A stretch of 64,000 bases of DNA. Source: an uncultured Actinomycetes bacterium (GTDB taxonomy: Bacteria > Actinomycetota > UBA4738 > HRBIN12). The translations under genes and the position numbers were made by a program. Below the pieces are notes generated by a model. It did not search any database. It was not told the DNA's origin and saw only the letters and a list, made by a program, of their open reading frames with translations. The stretch lies in the NCBI GenBank assembly GCA_963777495.1, contig CAVZQM010000001.1:387594-451593 (forward strand). Reading direction: 5' to 3'. Position 1 is the stretch's first letter; every line of letters begins with the position of its first letter. This document shows positions 1 through 10,466 of this stretch, one piece after another.

Positions 1-475
1 GGATGATGAGACCGACCCGTCCTGGTCGCCCGACGGCACGCAGATCGCGTTCGTGGGGTTCTCCGCCGACGGGGGGAACCGCGACGTCTTCACCGTCACC
101 AGCGACGGCCTCACGCGGGTGCAGCTGACGACCACGCCGGGATCGGACTTCGCGCCCGACTGGCAGCCGCTCCCGATCTGCACGCTCAGCGGGACGTCGG
201 GCCCCGACGTCCTGACCGGCACCGGACGCCGACGACGTCATCTGCGGACGCGGTGGCGACGATGCGATCGACGGTGGTGGGCGGGCCCGACCTCGTGATC
301 GGTGGGCCGGGGAACGACACGGTGAGCGGAGGCGACGGCAACGACATGCTCGACGGTGGACCGGGGAACGACAGCCTGCTCGGGCGGCCCCGGACTCGAT
401 TCGCTCAACGGTGGCCCTGGCACGGACGCATGCTCGACCGACGACGGCGGCGGGTTCGTCTTCCGATGTCCGTGA
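1..475 (+). CDS. Partial PD40/TolB-repeat protein with C-terminal Gly-rich Ca-binding (RTX-like) repeats; frameshifted, 5' end outside window
   Basis: [13 protein letters not shown] and FAPDWQP PD40 motifs, then [24 protein letters not shown] repeats spread over several frames; TGA at 473-475. Confidence 0.7.
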
Positions 476-937
476 GGCCGCGCGGTGGTCGTCCTCGCAT
501 CCTCGCCGTCGCGGCCTCGTGCTCGGGTTCCGAGCCGCCCGCCTGCCCTCCGCGATCGCTCATCGCGCCGTCGCCCACGCCGGTGCCAACGGAGTCGGCA
601 CCACCCGTCCGTCGTGCGGCGACTTCTGCCTGGATCGCTGCTGATCGGCGATGTGTATCGGTTCGTCCGAGCCGGGACGGCGCCCTACCGGGAGGCCGGC
701 GGCAGTTCGTCGACGGCGGCGGGCAAGGTCGCCGAGCCGAACGTCGACACTCGTGCCCGCAGGACCGGCAGCGAAGGAACTGCGGCAGCTCGCGTTCTAC
801 CTCAACACCTTGCGACTGGCGATCCTCGGAGCGGCCGAGAACTATCCCGAGGACTACGCGGTCCGCCAGTTCAACGACGGCCTGCTCGGACGCGTGCAGG
901 ATCATCTCTGACACGTTGGACTGCCCGGCCAGCCTGA
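472..937 (+). CDS. Hypothetical lipoprotein, frameshifted
   Basis: GTG overlaps the upstream TGA; lipobox-like LAVAASC, Pro/Thr linker, and a helical segment ([20 protein letters not shown]) in another frame. Confidence 0.4.
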
Positions 938-1011
938 GCGGCCGCTCGTACACTGGTGGGGCGTCGCCGCCCGGCGGCCCACTCCGATCCTCGAGCGAAA
1001 GCCGTCGGCCC

Positions 1012-2847
1012 ATGCCCTTCCGCAACGACATCCGCAACGTCGCCATCGTGGCGCACGTCGACCACGGCAAGACCACGCTCGTCGACGCCATGCTCTGGCA
1101 ATCCGGTGCGTTCCGCGCGAACCAGGACGTGAACGTCCGCGTGATGGACTCGATGGACCTGGAGCGCGAGAAGGGCATCACGATCCTGGCGAAGAACACG
1201 GCCGTCCGCCACGGGGACCTGAAGATCAACATCGTGGATACCCCCGGACACGCCGACTTCGGCGGCGAGGTCGAACGCGGACTGACCATGGTCGACGGCG
1301 TGTTGCTGCTGGTGGACGCCAGCGAGGGCCCGCTGCCGCAGACGCGGTTCGTCCTGCGCAAGTCGCTCGAGCGGCACCTGCCGGTGATCCTGGTCGTGAA
1401 CAAGGTGGACCGACCCGACGCGCGCGTGAAGGAGGTCGTCGACGAGGTCTACCAGCTGTTCCTGGACCTGGATGCCGGTGACCACCAGATCGAGTTCCCG
1501 ATCCTGTACGCGAACGCCCGGGCGGGGAAGTGCGGTGCGGACCCGGACATGCTCGCCGACGACCTCGAGCCGTTGTTCGACGCGCTGCGGACGCACATCC
1601 CGGCCCCGGAGTACGAAGAGGACCATCCGCTCCAGGCGTTGGTGACCAACCTCGACGCGTCGCCCTACCTGGGCCGGCTCGCGCTGTGCCGTGTGCGCAA
1701 CGGCACGATCAAGCGCGGCCAGGCCGTGGCGTGGTGCCGGGCCGACGGCACGATCGAGGCGGCGAAGATCGGCGAGCTCTACGTGGCCGAAGAGCTGGAC
1801 CGGGTCGAGGTCGAGGAGGCGGGACCGGGCGAGATCATCGCGGTCGCCGGGTTGGCCGAGGTCACGATCGGCGAGACGCTCGCCGACCCCGACGATCCGC
1901 GACCGTTGCCGCTGACGCATGTCGACGAGCCGTCGCTCTCCATGACGATCGGCATCAACACGGCGCCCACGTCCGGCAAGGACGGTGACAAGCTCACGGC
2001 GCGGTTGGTGAAGGGACGGCTGGATCAGGAAGTGGTGGGCAACGTCTCGATCCGAGTGCTGCCGGGCGATCGTCCGGATCGTTGGGAGGTCCAGGGCCGC
2101 GGCGAGCTCCAGCTGGCCGTCCTGGTCGAGATGATGCGCCGCGAGGGGTTCGAGCTCACGGTGGGCAAGCCGCAGGTCGTGACGCGCACGATCGGCGGGA
2201 AGCTTCACGAGCCGGTCGAGCGCGTGGCGATCGACGCTCCCGAGGAGTACCTGGGCGTCATCTCCCAGCTGCTCGCACTCCGCAAGGGACGCATGGAGAA
2301 CATGGTCAACCACGGCACCGGGTGGATCCGCATGGAGCACCTGGTCCCGGCACGCGGCCTGATCGGGTTCCGCACGGAGTTCCTGACCGAGACCCGCGGG
2401 ACCGGTCAGCTGCACCACGTCTTCGAAGGGTACGAGCCCTGGCACGGCGATCTGCGGACCCGTCCGACCGGCTCGCTCGTGGCCGACCGTATCGGCGTGA
2501 CCACGGGGTTCGCGTTGCAGACGCTCCAGGAGCGCGGCTCGATGTTCGTCGGTCCGACAGAGGAGGTCTACGAGGGCATGATCGTGGGGGAGAACTCGCG
2601 TTCCGAGGACATGGACGTGAACCCCACCAAGGAGAAGAAGCTCACGAACATGCGCCAGTCGTCCTCCGAGGAGTTCACCCGGTTGATCCCCAAGCGCGAG
2701 CTCTCGCTGGAGCAGGCGCTGGAGTTCATCCGCGAGGACGAGTGCGTGGAGGTGACGCCGCACCACGTGCGTCTCCGCAAGGTGCTCCTGGCCGCGCAGG
2801 AGCGGCTGCGGGCCGGCCGTCGCGGCCGGCCCGGCAAGGACGCGTAG
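1012..2847 (+). CDS. typA: Translational GTPase TypA/BipA
   Basis: [27 protein letters not shown]-like motif, [18 protein letters not shown], and the C-terminal BipA domain ([11 protein letters not shown]). Confidence 0.97.
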   Translation: MPFRNDIRNVAIVAHVDHGKTTLVDAMLWQSGAFRANQDVNVRVMDSMDLEREKGITILAKNTAVRHGDLKINIVDTPGHADFGGEVERGLTMVDGVLLLVDASEGPLPQTRFVLRKSLERHLPVILVVNKVDRPDARVKEVVDEVYQLFLDLDAGDHQIEFPILYANARAGKCGADPDMLADDLEPLFDALRTHIPAPEYEEDHPLQALVTNLDASPYLGRLALCRVRNGTIKRGQAVAWCRADGTIEAAKIGELYVAEELDRVEVEEAGPGEIIAVAGLAEVTIGETLADPDDPRPLPLTHVDEPSLSMTIGINTAPTSGKDGDKLTARLVKGRLDQEVVGNVSIRVLPGDRPDRWEVQGRGELQLAVLVEMMRREGFELTVGKPQVVTRTIGGKLHEPVERVAIDAPEEYLGVISQLLALRKGRMENMVNHGTGWIRMEHLVPARGLIGFRTEFLTETRGTGQLHHVFEGYEPWHGDLRTRPTGSLVADRIGVTTGFALQTLQERGSMFVGPTEEVYEGMIVGENSRSEDMDVNPTKEKKLTNMRQSSSEEFTRLIPKRELSLEQALEFIREDECVEVTPHHVRLRKVLLAAQERLRAGRRGRPGKDA

Positions 2848-2855
2848 GGGGAAAC

Positions 2856-2885
2856 GAAGAGCGGCCCCCGAGGGGGCCGCTCTTC
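2856..2885. terminator. Hairpin, probable bidirectional terminator between convergent genes
   Basis: GAAGAGCGGCCCC-CGAG-GGGGCCGCTCTTC, a perfect 13-bp stem just after the typA stop. Confidence 0.8.
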
Positions 2886-2910
2886 AGCGTTCCGACGTCC
2901 GACTACGACG

Positions 2911-4042
2911 TCAGTGGTTGTGCTTCTTGGTCGGGGACGTGTCCGCCTTGCAGACGTCGTCGCCGCCGTTCAGGACTTCCTTCTTGGCGATGGCACGGTA
3001 CTTGCCGGCCTTGTCGTTCAAGGTCTCCTTGTACTTGCCATTGCCGGTGGTCTGGTCGCTCCCGACGTTCTTCCAGACGCCGTTCTTCAAGCGCTGGACG
3101 ACGACCGTGACGTTCGAGCGACAGGCGTTGAACCCGTCACCCACGCTCACGGTTCCGGTCGCGATCAGGTGCTTCTTGAGGGTCAGGTTCACGGATCGAT
3201 TGTGCTTCGTGACCGTCGTCACCGTGAAGTCGGCGGCGCTGGTCACGGTCCCACTCGGTGCGACGACCTCGATCTTGCCGGTCGTCGCGCCCGCAGGGAC
3301 GGTCGCGGTGATCTGGGTCGCGGAGTTCACGACGAACGTCGCCGTGACACCGTTGAACTTGACCGATGTCGCGCCGGTCAGGTTCGTGCCGGTGATGACG
3401 ACGCTCGTCCCGACCGGACCACTGGTCGGCGAGAACGTGATCGTCGCCGCCGGCGCCCACGGTGAAGTTGGTCGCGCTGTTCGCGGTTCCGCTCGGGGTC
3501 GTCACGTGCAGACGGACCGGTGGTGGCGCCCGACCGGAACCGTCGCGGTGATCGAGGTCGCCGAGTTCACGGTGAATGCCGTGGCGGCCGTCGTGTTGAA
3601 CATCACACCGGTGGTGCCCGCAGAAGTTCGTCCCGGTGATCGTCACGGTCGAGCCGACCGCTCCAGTCGTGGGAGCGAACGACGTGATCGTCGCCGCCGC
3701 CGCGGCGCAACGGTGAAGCTCGCCGCGCTCGCGGTGTCGGCCCCGGCCGTCTGGACCGTGATCGGTCCAGTCGTCGCTCCGGCGGGGACGGTGGTGGTGA
3801 CCGTCGTGTCATTCACGACGACGACCGGTGCACCAGCCGCTCCGGTGAAGTCGACACCTGTCGCGCCGGTGAATCCGGTTCCGGTGATGGTCACCGACGG
3901 TGCCGACCACTCCGCAGAGAGGTGTGAACGACGATGTGGTTGCCGCGGATGCCGGCAGCGCCGTGACGAGCACTCCCACCACGCCGAGGGCGAGCGCCAG
4001 TGCGGTCGCACGGGCTGAAACTTTCTTGTTCTGGAACCGCAA
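2911..4042 (-). CDS. Secreted protein with three IPT/TIG repeats and a Lys-rich C-terminal beta domain; frameshifted
   Basis: TTG start after AAAGGGGG; signal peptide ending LPASA; repeated VTITGTxFxGATxVxF...ITATVPAGATTGxI units in several frames. Confidence 0.8.
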
Positions 4043-4287
4043 ATCGGGTTCCCCCTTTCTGGCCTCGGAAGCACAACATGGGCGCCACGAACTCCCGCTC
4101 CCGACCGCCATTCGTCGGTTGTGTTCCGTGGCAACTACCGTCCAGCTTACCCAAGGGACGGCGAGCGGAAACCGACGGCCAACGGGGCCGGTCGCGGAAA
4201 TCGGCTATCCGGGGGACCCGCCCAGCATCGTTCGGGCATCGTTCCTGCCACAACGGATCACGCCCGGTGCCCCGTATCGTGGTCCGC

Positions 4288-4833
4288 GTGGGGAACGTGC
4301 GCCGGGTGGTGAGCGACGATCTGCGCGCCGAGGAGGTCGCAGCTCTCCGCGACCTGTTCGACGCCGCGTGGGGGAACAAGGGCTCGGCGTTCACGTCGGA
4401 GGATTTCGACCATGCGTTCGGCGGTACGCACTTCATCGTGGAGCACGAGGGTCGGATCGTGTCGCACGGGTCCGTGATCGCCCGCGAACTGCACTCCGGG
4501 GACCTTCGTCTCACGACCGGGTACGTGGAAGCGGTCGCCACGATGCCGAGCCGTCAGGGGCGTGGCCACGGCTCCACCGTGATGGAGGCGATCGGGGCGC
4601 ACATCGATGCGACGTTCCAGCTCGGCGCGCTCGACACCGGCATCCCCGGCTTCTACGAACCGATGGGCTGGTTCGTGTGGAAGGGACCGACGTACGTGCG
4701 GATGGAGCGCGGGCCCGAGCCGACGCCCGACGAGGACGGACTGGTGCTGGTCCGCCGGACGCCGACCACACCTTCCGACCTGGATACGGCGGCCCCGCTC
4801 AGTTGCGAGTGGCGCGCCGGCGACGTGTGGTGA
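4288..4833 (+). CDS. aac(2')-I: Aminoglycoside 2'-N-acetyltransferase AAC(2')-I-like GNAT
   Basis: FDHAFGGTH, TGYVEAVAT, QGRGHG, LGAL, GFYEPMGW, WKGPT, and C-terminal CEWRAGDVW match the AAC(2')-I pattern; TATCGT 7 nt before the GTG. Confidence 0.8.
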   Translation: MGNVRRVVSDDLRAEEVAALRDLFDAAWGNKGSAFTSEDFDHAFGGTHFIVEHEGRIVSHGSVIARELHSGDLRLTTGYVEAVATMPSRQGRGHGSTVMEAIGAHIDATFQLGALDTGIPGFYEPMGWFVWKGPTYVRMERGPEPTPDEDGLVLVRRTPTTPSDLDTAAPLSCEWRAGDVW

Positions 4834-4863
4834 GCCCGAACAACTCCACGACCCGCCGGCGCC

Positions 4864-7446
4864 TCAGCCGGTGTTCTGGAGCCCCGCCGCGACGCCGCTG
4901 ATCGTCGCCTGCACGAGCCGCTCCGTCTTCGGACCCTCCGGCTCATGCAGGAAGCGCACCTGGAGGAACGACAGCGCATCCACGTACGGGTTCCGATACT
5001 CGATCGCCTGCTGCAGGTCCGGCTTGCCGTCGAGCAGACGAGCGTGACCCGACACCGAGAGCACCAGCTCGGTGGTCCTGGCAAGCTCGTCGCGGATCGC
5101 GGCCGCCAGGTCCGGCCGGTCCCCGCGGGCCAGGTACAGGTCCGCGATCGCGGGGTCGGCTTTCGCGAGCGACAGCTCCGCGTTCTCGAGCAGCGTCGCG
5201 AAGAACGGCCAATCGCGCGCCATCGCGCGGAGGCGACCCACGCCACCGCGACGCGACGCCACCTCGGCCAATCCGGCACCGAGTCCGTACCAGCCCGTCA
5301 GGTTCACGCGGCTCTGTCCCCAGGCGAACACCCACGGGATCGCGCGGAGGTCGTCGAGGTCCGTCGACGCGTCCAACCCGCGCGCGACCGGTCGCGAGGC
5401 GATGGGCAGCGTGCCGATCTGCGCGATGGGCGTCACCCGCCGGAAGAACTCGACGAACCCCTCCGATCGCACGAGCCGCTCATAGTGCGCGCGCGAGGCG
5501 TCCGACATGATCCCGGTCTCGTCGACGAACGCGTCCGCCGGGTCGGCAACCGGGCCGCGTGTGCTCGCCCGTATCACCGCGCTCGTCACCTGCTCCAGAT
5601 GCCGTCGCGCCAGCGCGGCGCTCCCGTACCGGGCGAACGCCACCTCGCCCTGCTCCGTCACCTTGAACCGACCGGCGACGGACCCGGGCGGCTGCGCCTC
5701 GATCGCGCGGCTGGCGGGGCCGCCGCCCCGTCCCAGCGCCCCGCCGCGGCCGTGGAAGATCGTCAACCGCACGCCGCGATCGCGCGCCCACCCGGCCATG
5801 GCTCGCTGCGCTGCGTAGAGCTCGAGGTTGGCGGCCAGCATCCCGACCTCCTTCGCGGAGTCGGAGTACCCCACCATGACCTCCAACTCGCCGCCGCGAC
5901 GCTTCAGCACGCGGCGCGCCTCCGGGAGCGACAGCCAGTCCTCCAGGATGGCCGCCGCGGTGGTGAGCTCGGCGCGCGATTCCAGCAGCGCCACCGGCAC
6001 CACGTCTGGCGGGGACTCCGGGACGGCCGCGCGGGCCAGCGCCAGCACGCCCGAGAGGTCGTCGGCCGAACGCGTGAAGCTCACGATCACGCGCTCGCAT
6101 GCCTCCACACCGAGGCGCGACTGGATGTCGGCGATCGCGCGGAACGTGGCGATCACCTCACGGGTCTGCGCCGACGGTCTCGCCGAGCGGGGCGACAGGA
6201 GCTCCGTCCGTGCGGTGGCCAGCACGCTCGAGTGCTGCCGCACCTCCATGGATGCCAGGTGGAAGCCGAACGTCTCGACCTGCCAGCGGAGGTGCTGCAG
6301 CTCGCCCCACGCCAGCCGCGGCGCACCTCCGGCGTCGAGCGACCGTTGCAGCACGTCGAGGTCGCGGAGGAACGACGCCGGGCCGTCGTACCCACCTCTG
6401 GCGCCGGTGCGGGTGGCGGCCAGTCGGTGCGCGGCCAGCCCGAGCTTGCGCCGATGCGGTGCGTCCGACAGCGTCCGTGCGAGCTCGCGGGCGACGGTGG
6501 GAAGCGCCTTCGCGTCCCGGTCCAGCGCCGCACGGAGCGCGCGACTCGGGCGGACGTCCCGGTCCGAGACCGACAGCGTCCGCGCGATGCGCCGTGAAGC
6601 GGCCTCCAGGCCGCGGAGCACGTGGTCGGTTTGGATCGCCATCGCGGCGCTGGTCACCTCCGCGGTCACGCCCGGGTTGCCGTCCCGATCGCCTCCGACC
6701 CAGGTGCCCCATCGAAGGAACGCCGCGAACGGCGGCGGCCGCACGCCGCACCGGTCCGGATCGAGCGTGCGATCCACCTCGCGGTAGAGGGCCGGCAGGG
6801 ACGTGAAGATCGTCTGATCGAACAGCGCCAGCACGGCGCGCACCTCGTCGAGCGGTTCGGGTCGGTGGGGACGGATCGGGTCCGTGCGCCACAGTCCGGC
6901 GATCTCCTCGCGCATGCGCCGCCGGATCTCCTGTTCCTCGGAGGCTCCGAGCGCCTGATCCTCAAGCTGTTCCAGCAGCGACGCGATGCGCCACAGGTGC
7001 TCGACCACCGCGCGGCGCTTGGCCTCGGTCGGGTGCGCGGTCAGCACCGGCGTGATGCGCAGGTCATCGAACGTGGCCGCGTCGACGACGAGCGCTGCGA
7101 TCGAATCGTCGACCGGCTTGCCCGACCGGCTGCGGTTCCGGAGGACCCGGACGCGCTGGCGCTCCTCCGCCAGGTTGACCAGCTGGAAGTAACAGGTGAA
7201 GGCCCGGATCACATCTTCGGCTCGGGGCAGATCCAGCTCGGCGATCAGCTCGGTAACGCGTGTGCGACGGGCCGGGGTGGGTCGCCCGCGGAACGCGATG
7301 GCTGCCTTGCGGAGCGTCTCGACCTGGGCCAGCAGCTCCGGACCGCCACTCTCGGCGATCGCGTCGCCGAGCATCGTCGTGAGGAGCCTGACGTCGCTCC
7401 GCAACGCCTGACTCGGGCCAGCACCACGGCGCGAGGACGCGACCAT
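4864..7446 (-). CDS. ppc: Phosphoenolpyruvate carboxylase
   Basis: VLTAHPTE, WVGGDRDGNP, MVGYSDSAKE, FHGRGGALGRGGGP, LRAIPWVFAW, C-terminal QNTG. Confidence 0.96.
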   Translation of the reverse strand: MVASSRRGAGPSQALRSDVRLLTTMLGDAIAESGGPELLAQVETLRKAAIAFRGRPTPARRTRVTELIAELDLPRAEDVIRAFTCYFQLVNLAEERQRVRVLRNRSRSGKPVDDSIAALVVDAATFDDLRITPVLTAHPTEAKRRAVVEHLWRIASLLEQLEDQALGASEEQEIRRRMREEIAGLWRTDPIRPHRPEPLDEVRAVLALFDQTIFTSLPALYREVDRTLDPDRCGVRPPPFAAFLRWGTWVGGDRDGNPGVTAEVTSAAMAIQTDHVLRGLEAASRRIARTLSVSDRDVRPSRALRAALDRDAKALPTVARELARTLSDAPHRRKLGLAAHRLAATRTGARGGYDGPASFLRDLDVLQRSLDAGGAPRLAWGELQHLRWQVETFGFHLASMEVRQHSSVLATARTELLSPRSARPSAQTREVIATFRAIADIQSRLGVEACERVIVSFTRSADDLSGVLALARAAVPESPPDVVPVALLESRAELTTAAAILEDWLSLPEARRVLKRRGGELEVMVGYSDSAKEVGMLAANLELYAAQRAMAGWARDRGVRLTIFHGRGGALGRGGGPASRAIEAQPPGSVAGRFKVTEQGEVAFARYGSAALARRHLEQVTSAVIRASTRGPVADPADAFVDETGIMSDASRAHYERLVRSEGFVEFFRRVTPIAQIGTLPIASRPVARGLDASTDLDDLRAIPWVFAWGQSRVNLTGWYGLGAGLAEVASRRGGVGRLRAMARDWPFFATLLENAELSLAKADPAIADLYLARGDRPDLAAAIRDELARTTELVLSVSGHARLLDGKPDLQQAIEYRNPYVDALSFLQVRFLHEPEGPKTERLVQATISGVAAGLQNTG

Positions 7447-7559
7447 TCCGTGTTCGCCCACGGTCGTTCGACTTCTCCTCGCTCTCGGCCGGCTCTCGAG
7501 CCAGCCCCCAGTTGGTGAGTATGCAAGAACACGGAGACCGCAGCGGCACACGGTCCGGG

Positions 7560-8111
7560 ATGTGCGAGCATCCCTCGGTGCCCTCGATCCTGCCCGCCGC
7601 ACTCGAAACGTCCCGGCTGCGTCTCCGTCCGTTGGAGATGGCCGACGTCGATGCGCTCAACGCGATCCAGTCCGACCCCGATCACATGCGGTTCTATCCG
7701 CACCCGTTCAGCCTGCAGGAGTCGCGCGAATGGATCGAGAAGATGCATATGCGCGCCGATCGCGACGGGTTCGCCTTGCTCGCCGTCGAGGATCGCGCGA
7801 CGGGGGAGTTCCTGGGGTGCGTCGGTCCGGTCCTACAGGACGTCGACGGCGTCGACGAGGTGGAGCTGGGATGGTCGATCACGCCGACACGCGCCCGGCA
7901 GGGGATCGCGACCGAGGCGGCGTTCGCCTGCCGTGACTGGGTCTTCTCGACGCTGCCGGCCGATCACGTCATCTCGCTGATCCTGCCCGACAATGCGCCC
8001 TCGCGCGGGGTCGCGGAGCATCTGGGGATGACGGTGTGGAAGCAGGTCCCGTGGGGCGCGCTGGAACCGAGGATGCACCTGGTCTACCGGCTGGATCGGC
8101 CAGCCGGCTAG
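7560..8111 (+). CDS. RimJ/RimL-type GNAT acetyltransferase
   Basis: LETSRLRLRPL, VELGWSI, QGIATEAA, PDNAPSRGVAEHLGM. Confidence 0.85.
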   Translation: MCEHPSVPSILPAALETSRLRLRPLEMADVDALNAIQSDPDHMRFYPHPFSLQESREWIEKMHMRADRDGFALLAVEDRATGEFLGCVGPVLQDVDGVDEVELGWSITPTRARQGIATEAAFACRDWVFSTLPADHVISLILPDNAPSRGVAEHLGMTVWKQVPWGALEPRMHLVYRLDRPAG

Positions 8112-8755
8112 CGCGTCAGCAGCTCCCGCAACCGCGCCGCCACCGCCAGGCCGATCGCCCGGTGGTCCTGGGCCTCGAAGTGGATCCCGTCGGCAGGGCT
8201 CGACGTGACGTGGTCCCGCAGATCGAGCAGCGGGATGTCCAGACCGTCCTCGGAGAGCATCGCCGCGGCCGCGTCGACGAACGCCCGGCTGAGTCGCTGC
8301 GACTCCGCCTCCGCACCGGGTGCCTCACCCTGGCCCCAGGCGTCGAGGGGGGCGAACGGGGGAGGGACGACGACCAGGACCCCGGGCGCCGCCCCGCCGG
8401 GTCCCGCGTCGCTCCTCAGCACGACCTCCGCCAGCTTCATCGCGCCGTGGGCCGCGTGGTAGGCGTTCACCCCGGGCAGGAACAGATCGTTCGTGGCGAG
8501 ATCGATGACCACGATGTCGATCGGATGGTGGGTGGCCAGGGCGACCGGCAGGAACGTGAGCCCGTTACGGTTCGGCTCCCAGGGCATGTCGAACACGGTG
8601 GTGCGACCGCTCTGCCCTTCCTCGACCACGTGGACGTCGTCGCCCAGCTCGCGCTGCAGGACGCCCGGCCACCGATCCCAGCGCCCCAGGCGCTCGGCCG
8701 AGCCGGCCTCGTAGCCCCAGGTGTTCGAGTCGCCGTAGCAGAGGACGGCGGTCAC
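8108..8755 (-). CDS. SGNH/GDSL hydrolase
   Basis: YGDSNTWG block I, EEGQSGRTT, LATND, DGIH. Confidence 0.9.
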   Translation of the reverse strand: MTAVLCYGDSNTWGYEAGSAERLGRWDRWPGVLQRELGDDVHVVEEGQSGRTTVFDMPWEPNRNGLTFLPVALATHHPIDIVVIDLATNDLFLPGVNAYHAAHGAMKLAEVVLRSDAGPGGAAPGVLVVVPPPFAPLDAWGQGEAPGAEAESQRLSRAFVDAAAAMLSEDGLDIPLLDLRDHVTSSPADGIHFEAQDHRAIGLAVAARLRELLTR

Positions 8756-8756
8756 G

Positions 8757-9263
8757 CTATCCGGCGATGTCGATCCGCTCGACGACGACGTCCTCGACGG
8801 GCTTGTCCTGCGCGCCGACCGGCGTCTTCGCGATCGTCTCCACGACGTCGTAGCCCTCGGTCACCTGGCCGAAGATCGTGTGCTTGCCGTTCAACCACGG
8901 CGTCTCACCCACCGTGACGAAGAACTGCGAACCGTTGGTGCCGGGGCCGGCGTTCGCCATGGCGAGTCGACCCACCTGATTGAACGTCGGTCCGTCGGCC
9001 GGAACCTCGTCCTCGAACGTGTAGCCCGGACCGCCGCGCCCTGTGCCCTCGGGGTCGCCGCCTTGGATCATGAAGCCGTCGATCACCCGGTGGAAGATCG
9101 TGCCCGGGTACAGCGCCTGGGTCTGCTTCGATCCGTCGCGGTTGGCCCACTCGCGGCCGCCGGTCGCCAGGCCGACGAAGTTGGCGACGGTCTTCGGCGC
9201 GTGCTCGGGCATCAGCGTGACGGTGAACGACCCCTTGTTGGTCACGAACGTCGCAGTGGTCAT
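8757..9263 (-). CDS. ppiA: Cyclophilin-type peptidyl-prolyl isomerase
   Basis: FHRVIDGFMIQGGDP, AMANAGPGTNGSQFF, HTIFGQV. Confidence 0.95.
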   Translation of the reverse strand: MTTATFVTNKGSFTVTLMPEHAPKTVANFVGLATGGREWANRDGSKQTQALYPGTIFHRVIDGFMIQGGDPEGTGRGGPGYTFEDEVPADGPTFNQVGRLAMANAGPGTNGSQFFVTVGETPWLNGKHTIFGQVTEGYDVVETIAKTPVGAQDKPVEDVVVERIDIAG

Positions 9264-9317
9264 CTGACGATCCTTTCGGTCCGAGGGTGAAGCGCGAAGC
9301 CTACCCCCAGGAGCGTG

Positions 9318-10262
9318 CTATCGACGCGGGTGCTCCTTGAACCAGGCCACGGTCGCCTCGATGGCCAGGGGGAGGGGCGTCGCCTTCCACCCGAAGGTCC
9401 GCTCGAACTTGCCGCTGTCGACCACCCATGCACGCTCGGACTGATAGAGCTGCTCCCTCACGGCGCGCACCGTCGGGCTGAACAGCCCTGCCAGGGCAAG
9501 GCCCCACGAGGGGGCCGTCCTGAGGCGGGGCTGCTCGCCCACCTCGGCGAAGGTGAGCTCGACGAATCGCCGCATGGTGACGCTTTCGGCGTTCGGGACG
9601 TGCCACACACCCCCCAGGGCGTCTTCCCGTTCGCCCAGCGTCGCCAGTGCTTTCCCGAAGTCTTCGATGTAGGTGACCGTGTGAGGGACATCCGGGTCGC
9701 CCAGCACTCGGGCCGGTTTTCCAGCGAGGGCTCGTGCGAACACTCCGTCCCCCACGGTGGACTGATGGGCATGAGGCCCGAAGAAGTCCGAGGCCCTCCC
9801 GATCGCCGCGCGGATCCGGCCGGCTTGATGTGCCTCCATCAGGTCGTCGGCGATCTGGGCCCGGGTCCGCCCGTTCGCACCTCGAGCTCGATGGGGCAGG
9901 TCCTCGGTCAGCGGGCCGTCCACGGGGCCGTAGGCGTAGAGGTTGTCTCCGAAGATGAGCGTGCTCCCCGCGGAAGCAGCGCCCTCGATGACGGCCTTCA
10001 TGAGCGGTGGATGAAGCTCGGGCCACCTCGCGTACGGCGGATTGGCGCAGTGATACACGACAGCAGCACCGTCGCAGGCGCGCGTGGCCTCGGCGGCGTC
10101 CGCGACGTTGGCGGCGAGGATCTCGACGCCTGCCGGCAGCTCGCTCCGCCCGCTTCGGTTCACGGCTCGCACTCGTTCACCCCGCGCAGCGAGATGCCGG
10201 GTCACGGCGAGGCCGAGAGGACCCGTGCCCAGGACGACGTGGAGGCGTTCGGGTTCGTTCAC
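9318..10262 (-). CDS. NAD-dependent epimerase/dehydratase (atypical SDR)
   Basis: VVLGTGPLG, DNLYAYG, RASDFFGP; TAGGAT 7 nt before the GTG. Confidence 0.88.
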   Translation of the reverse strand: MNEPERLHVVLGTGPLGLAVTRHLAARGERVRAVNRSGRSELPAGVEILAANVADAAEATRACDGAAVVYHCANPPYARWPELHPPLMKAVIEGAASAGSTLIFGDNLYAYGPVDGPLTEDLPHRARGANGRTRAQIADDLMEAHQAGRIRAAIGRASDFFGPHAHQSTVGDGVFARALAGKPARVLGDPDVPHTVTYIEDFGKALATLGEREDALGGVWHVPNAESVTMRRFVELTFAEVGEQPRLRTAPSWGLALAGLFSPTVRAVREQLYQSERAWVVDSGKFERTFGWKATPLPLAIEATVAWFKEHPRR

Positions 10263-10466
10263 CGCACGAATCCTAGCCCCGGGGGGCCGAGCGGTGGTTG
10301 AGAACCCGGCCAGGACGTCGCATCGCGACGTTCCGTCAGCGCGACGAGCGGACGCGTGGCCGTCTGATCGTCGTCCGCGGTGCGGTGCGGCGCACGCGGC
10401 ATGCCTGGTCGGCAAGGTCGCAGGCGCGCTGGTGCGCCAGTTCGGCGTGCAGATCGCGGAACATGC

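Noticed and set aside
253-2847. 864-aa ORF suggesting an RTX-TypA fusion
   Set aside because: TypA homology starts at ATG 1012 with its own TACACT -10; the upstream part is stop-free read-through across frameshifted genes.
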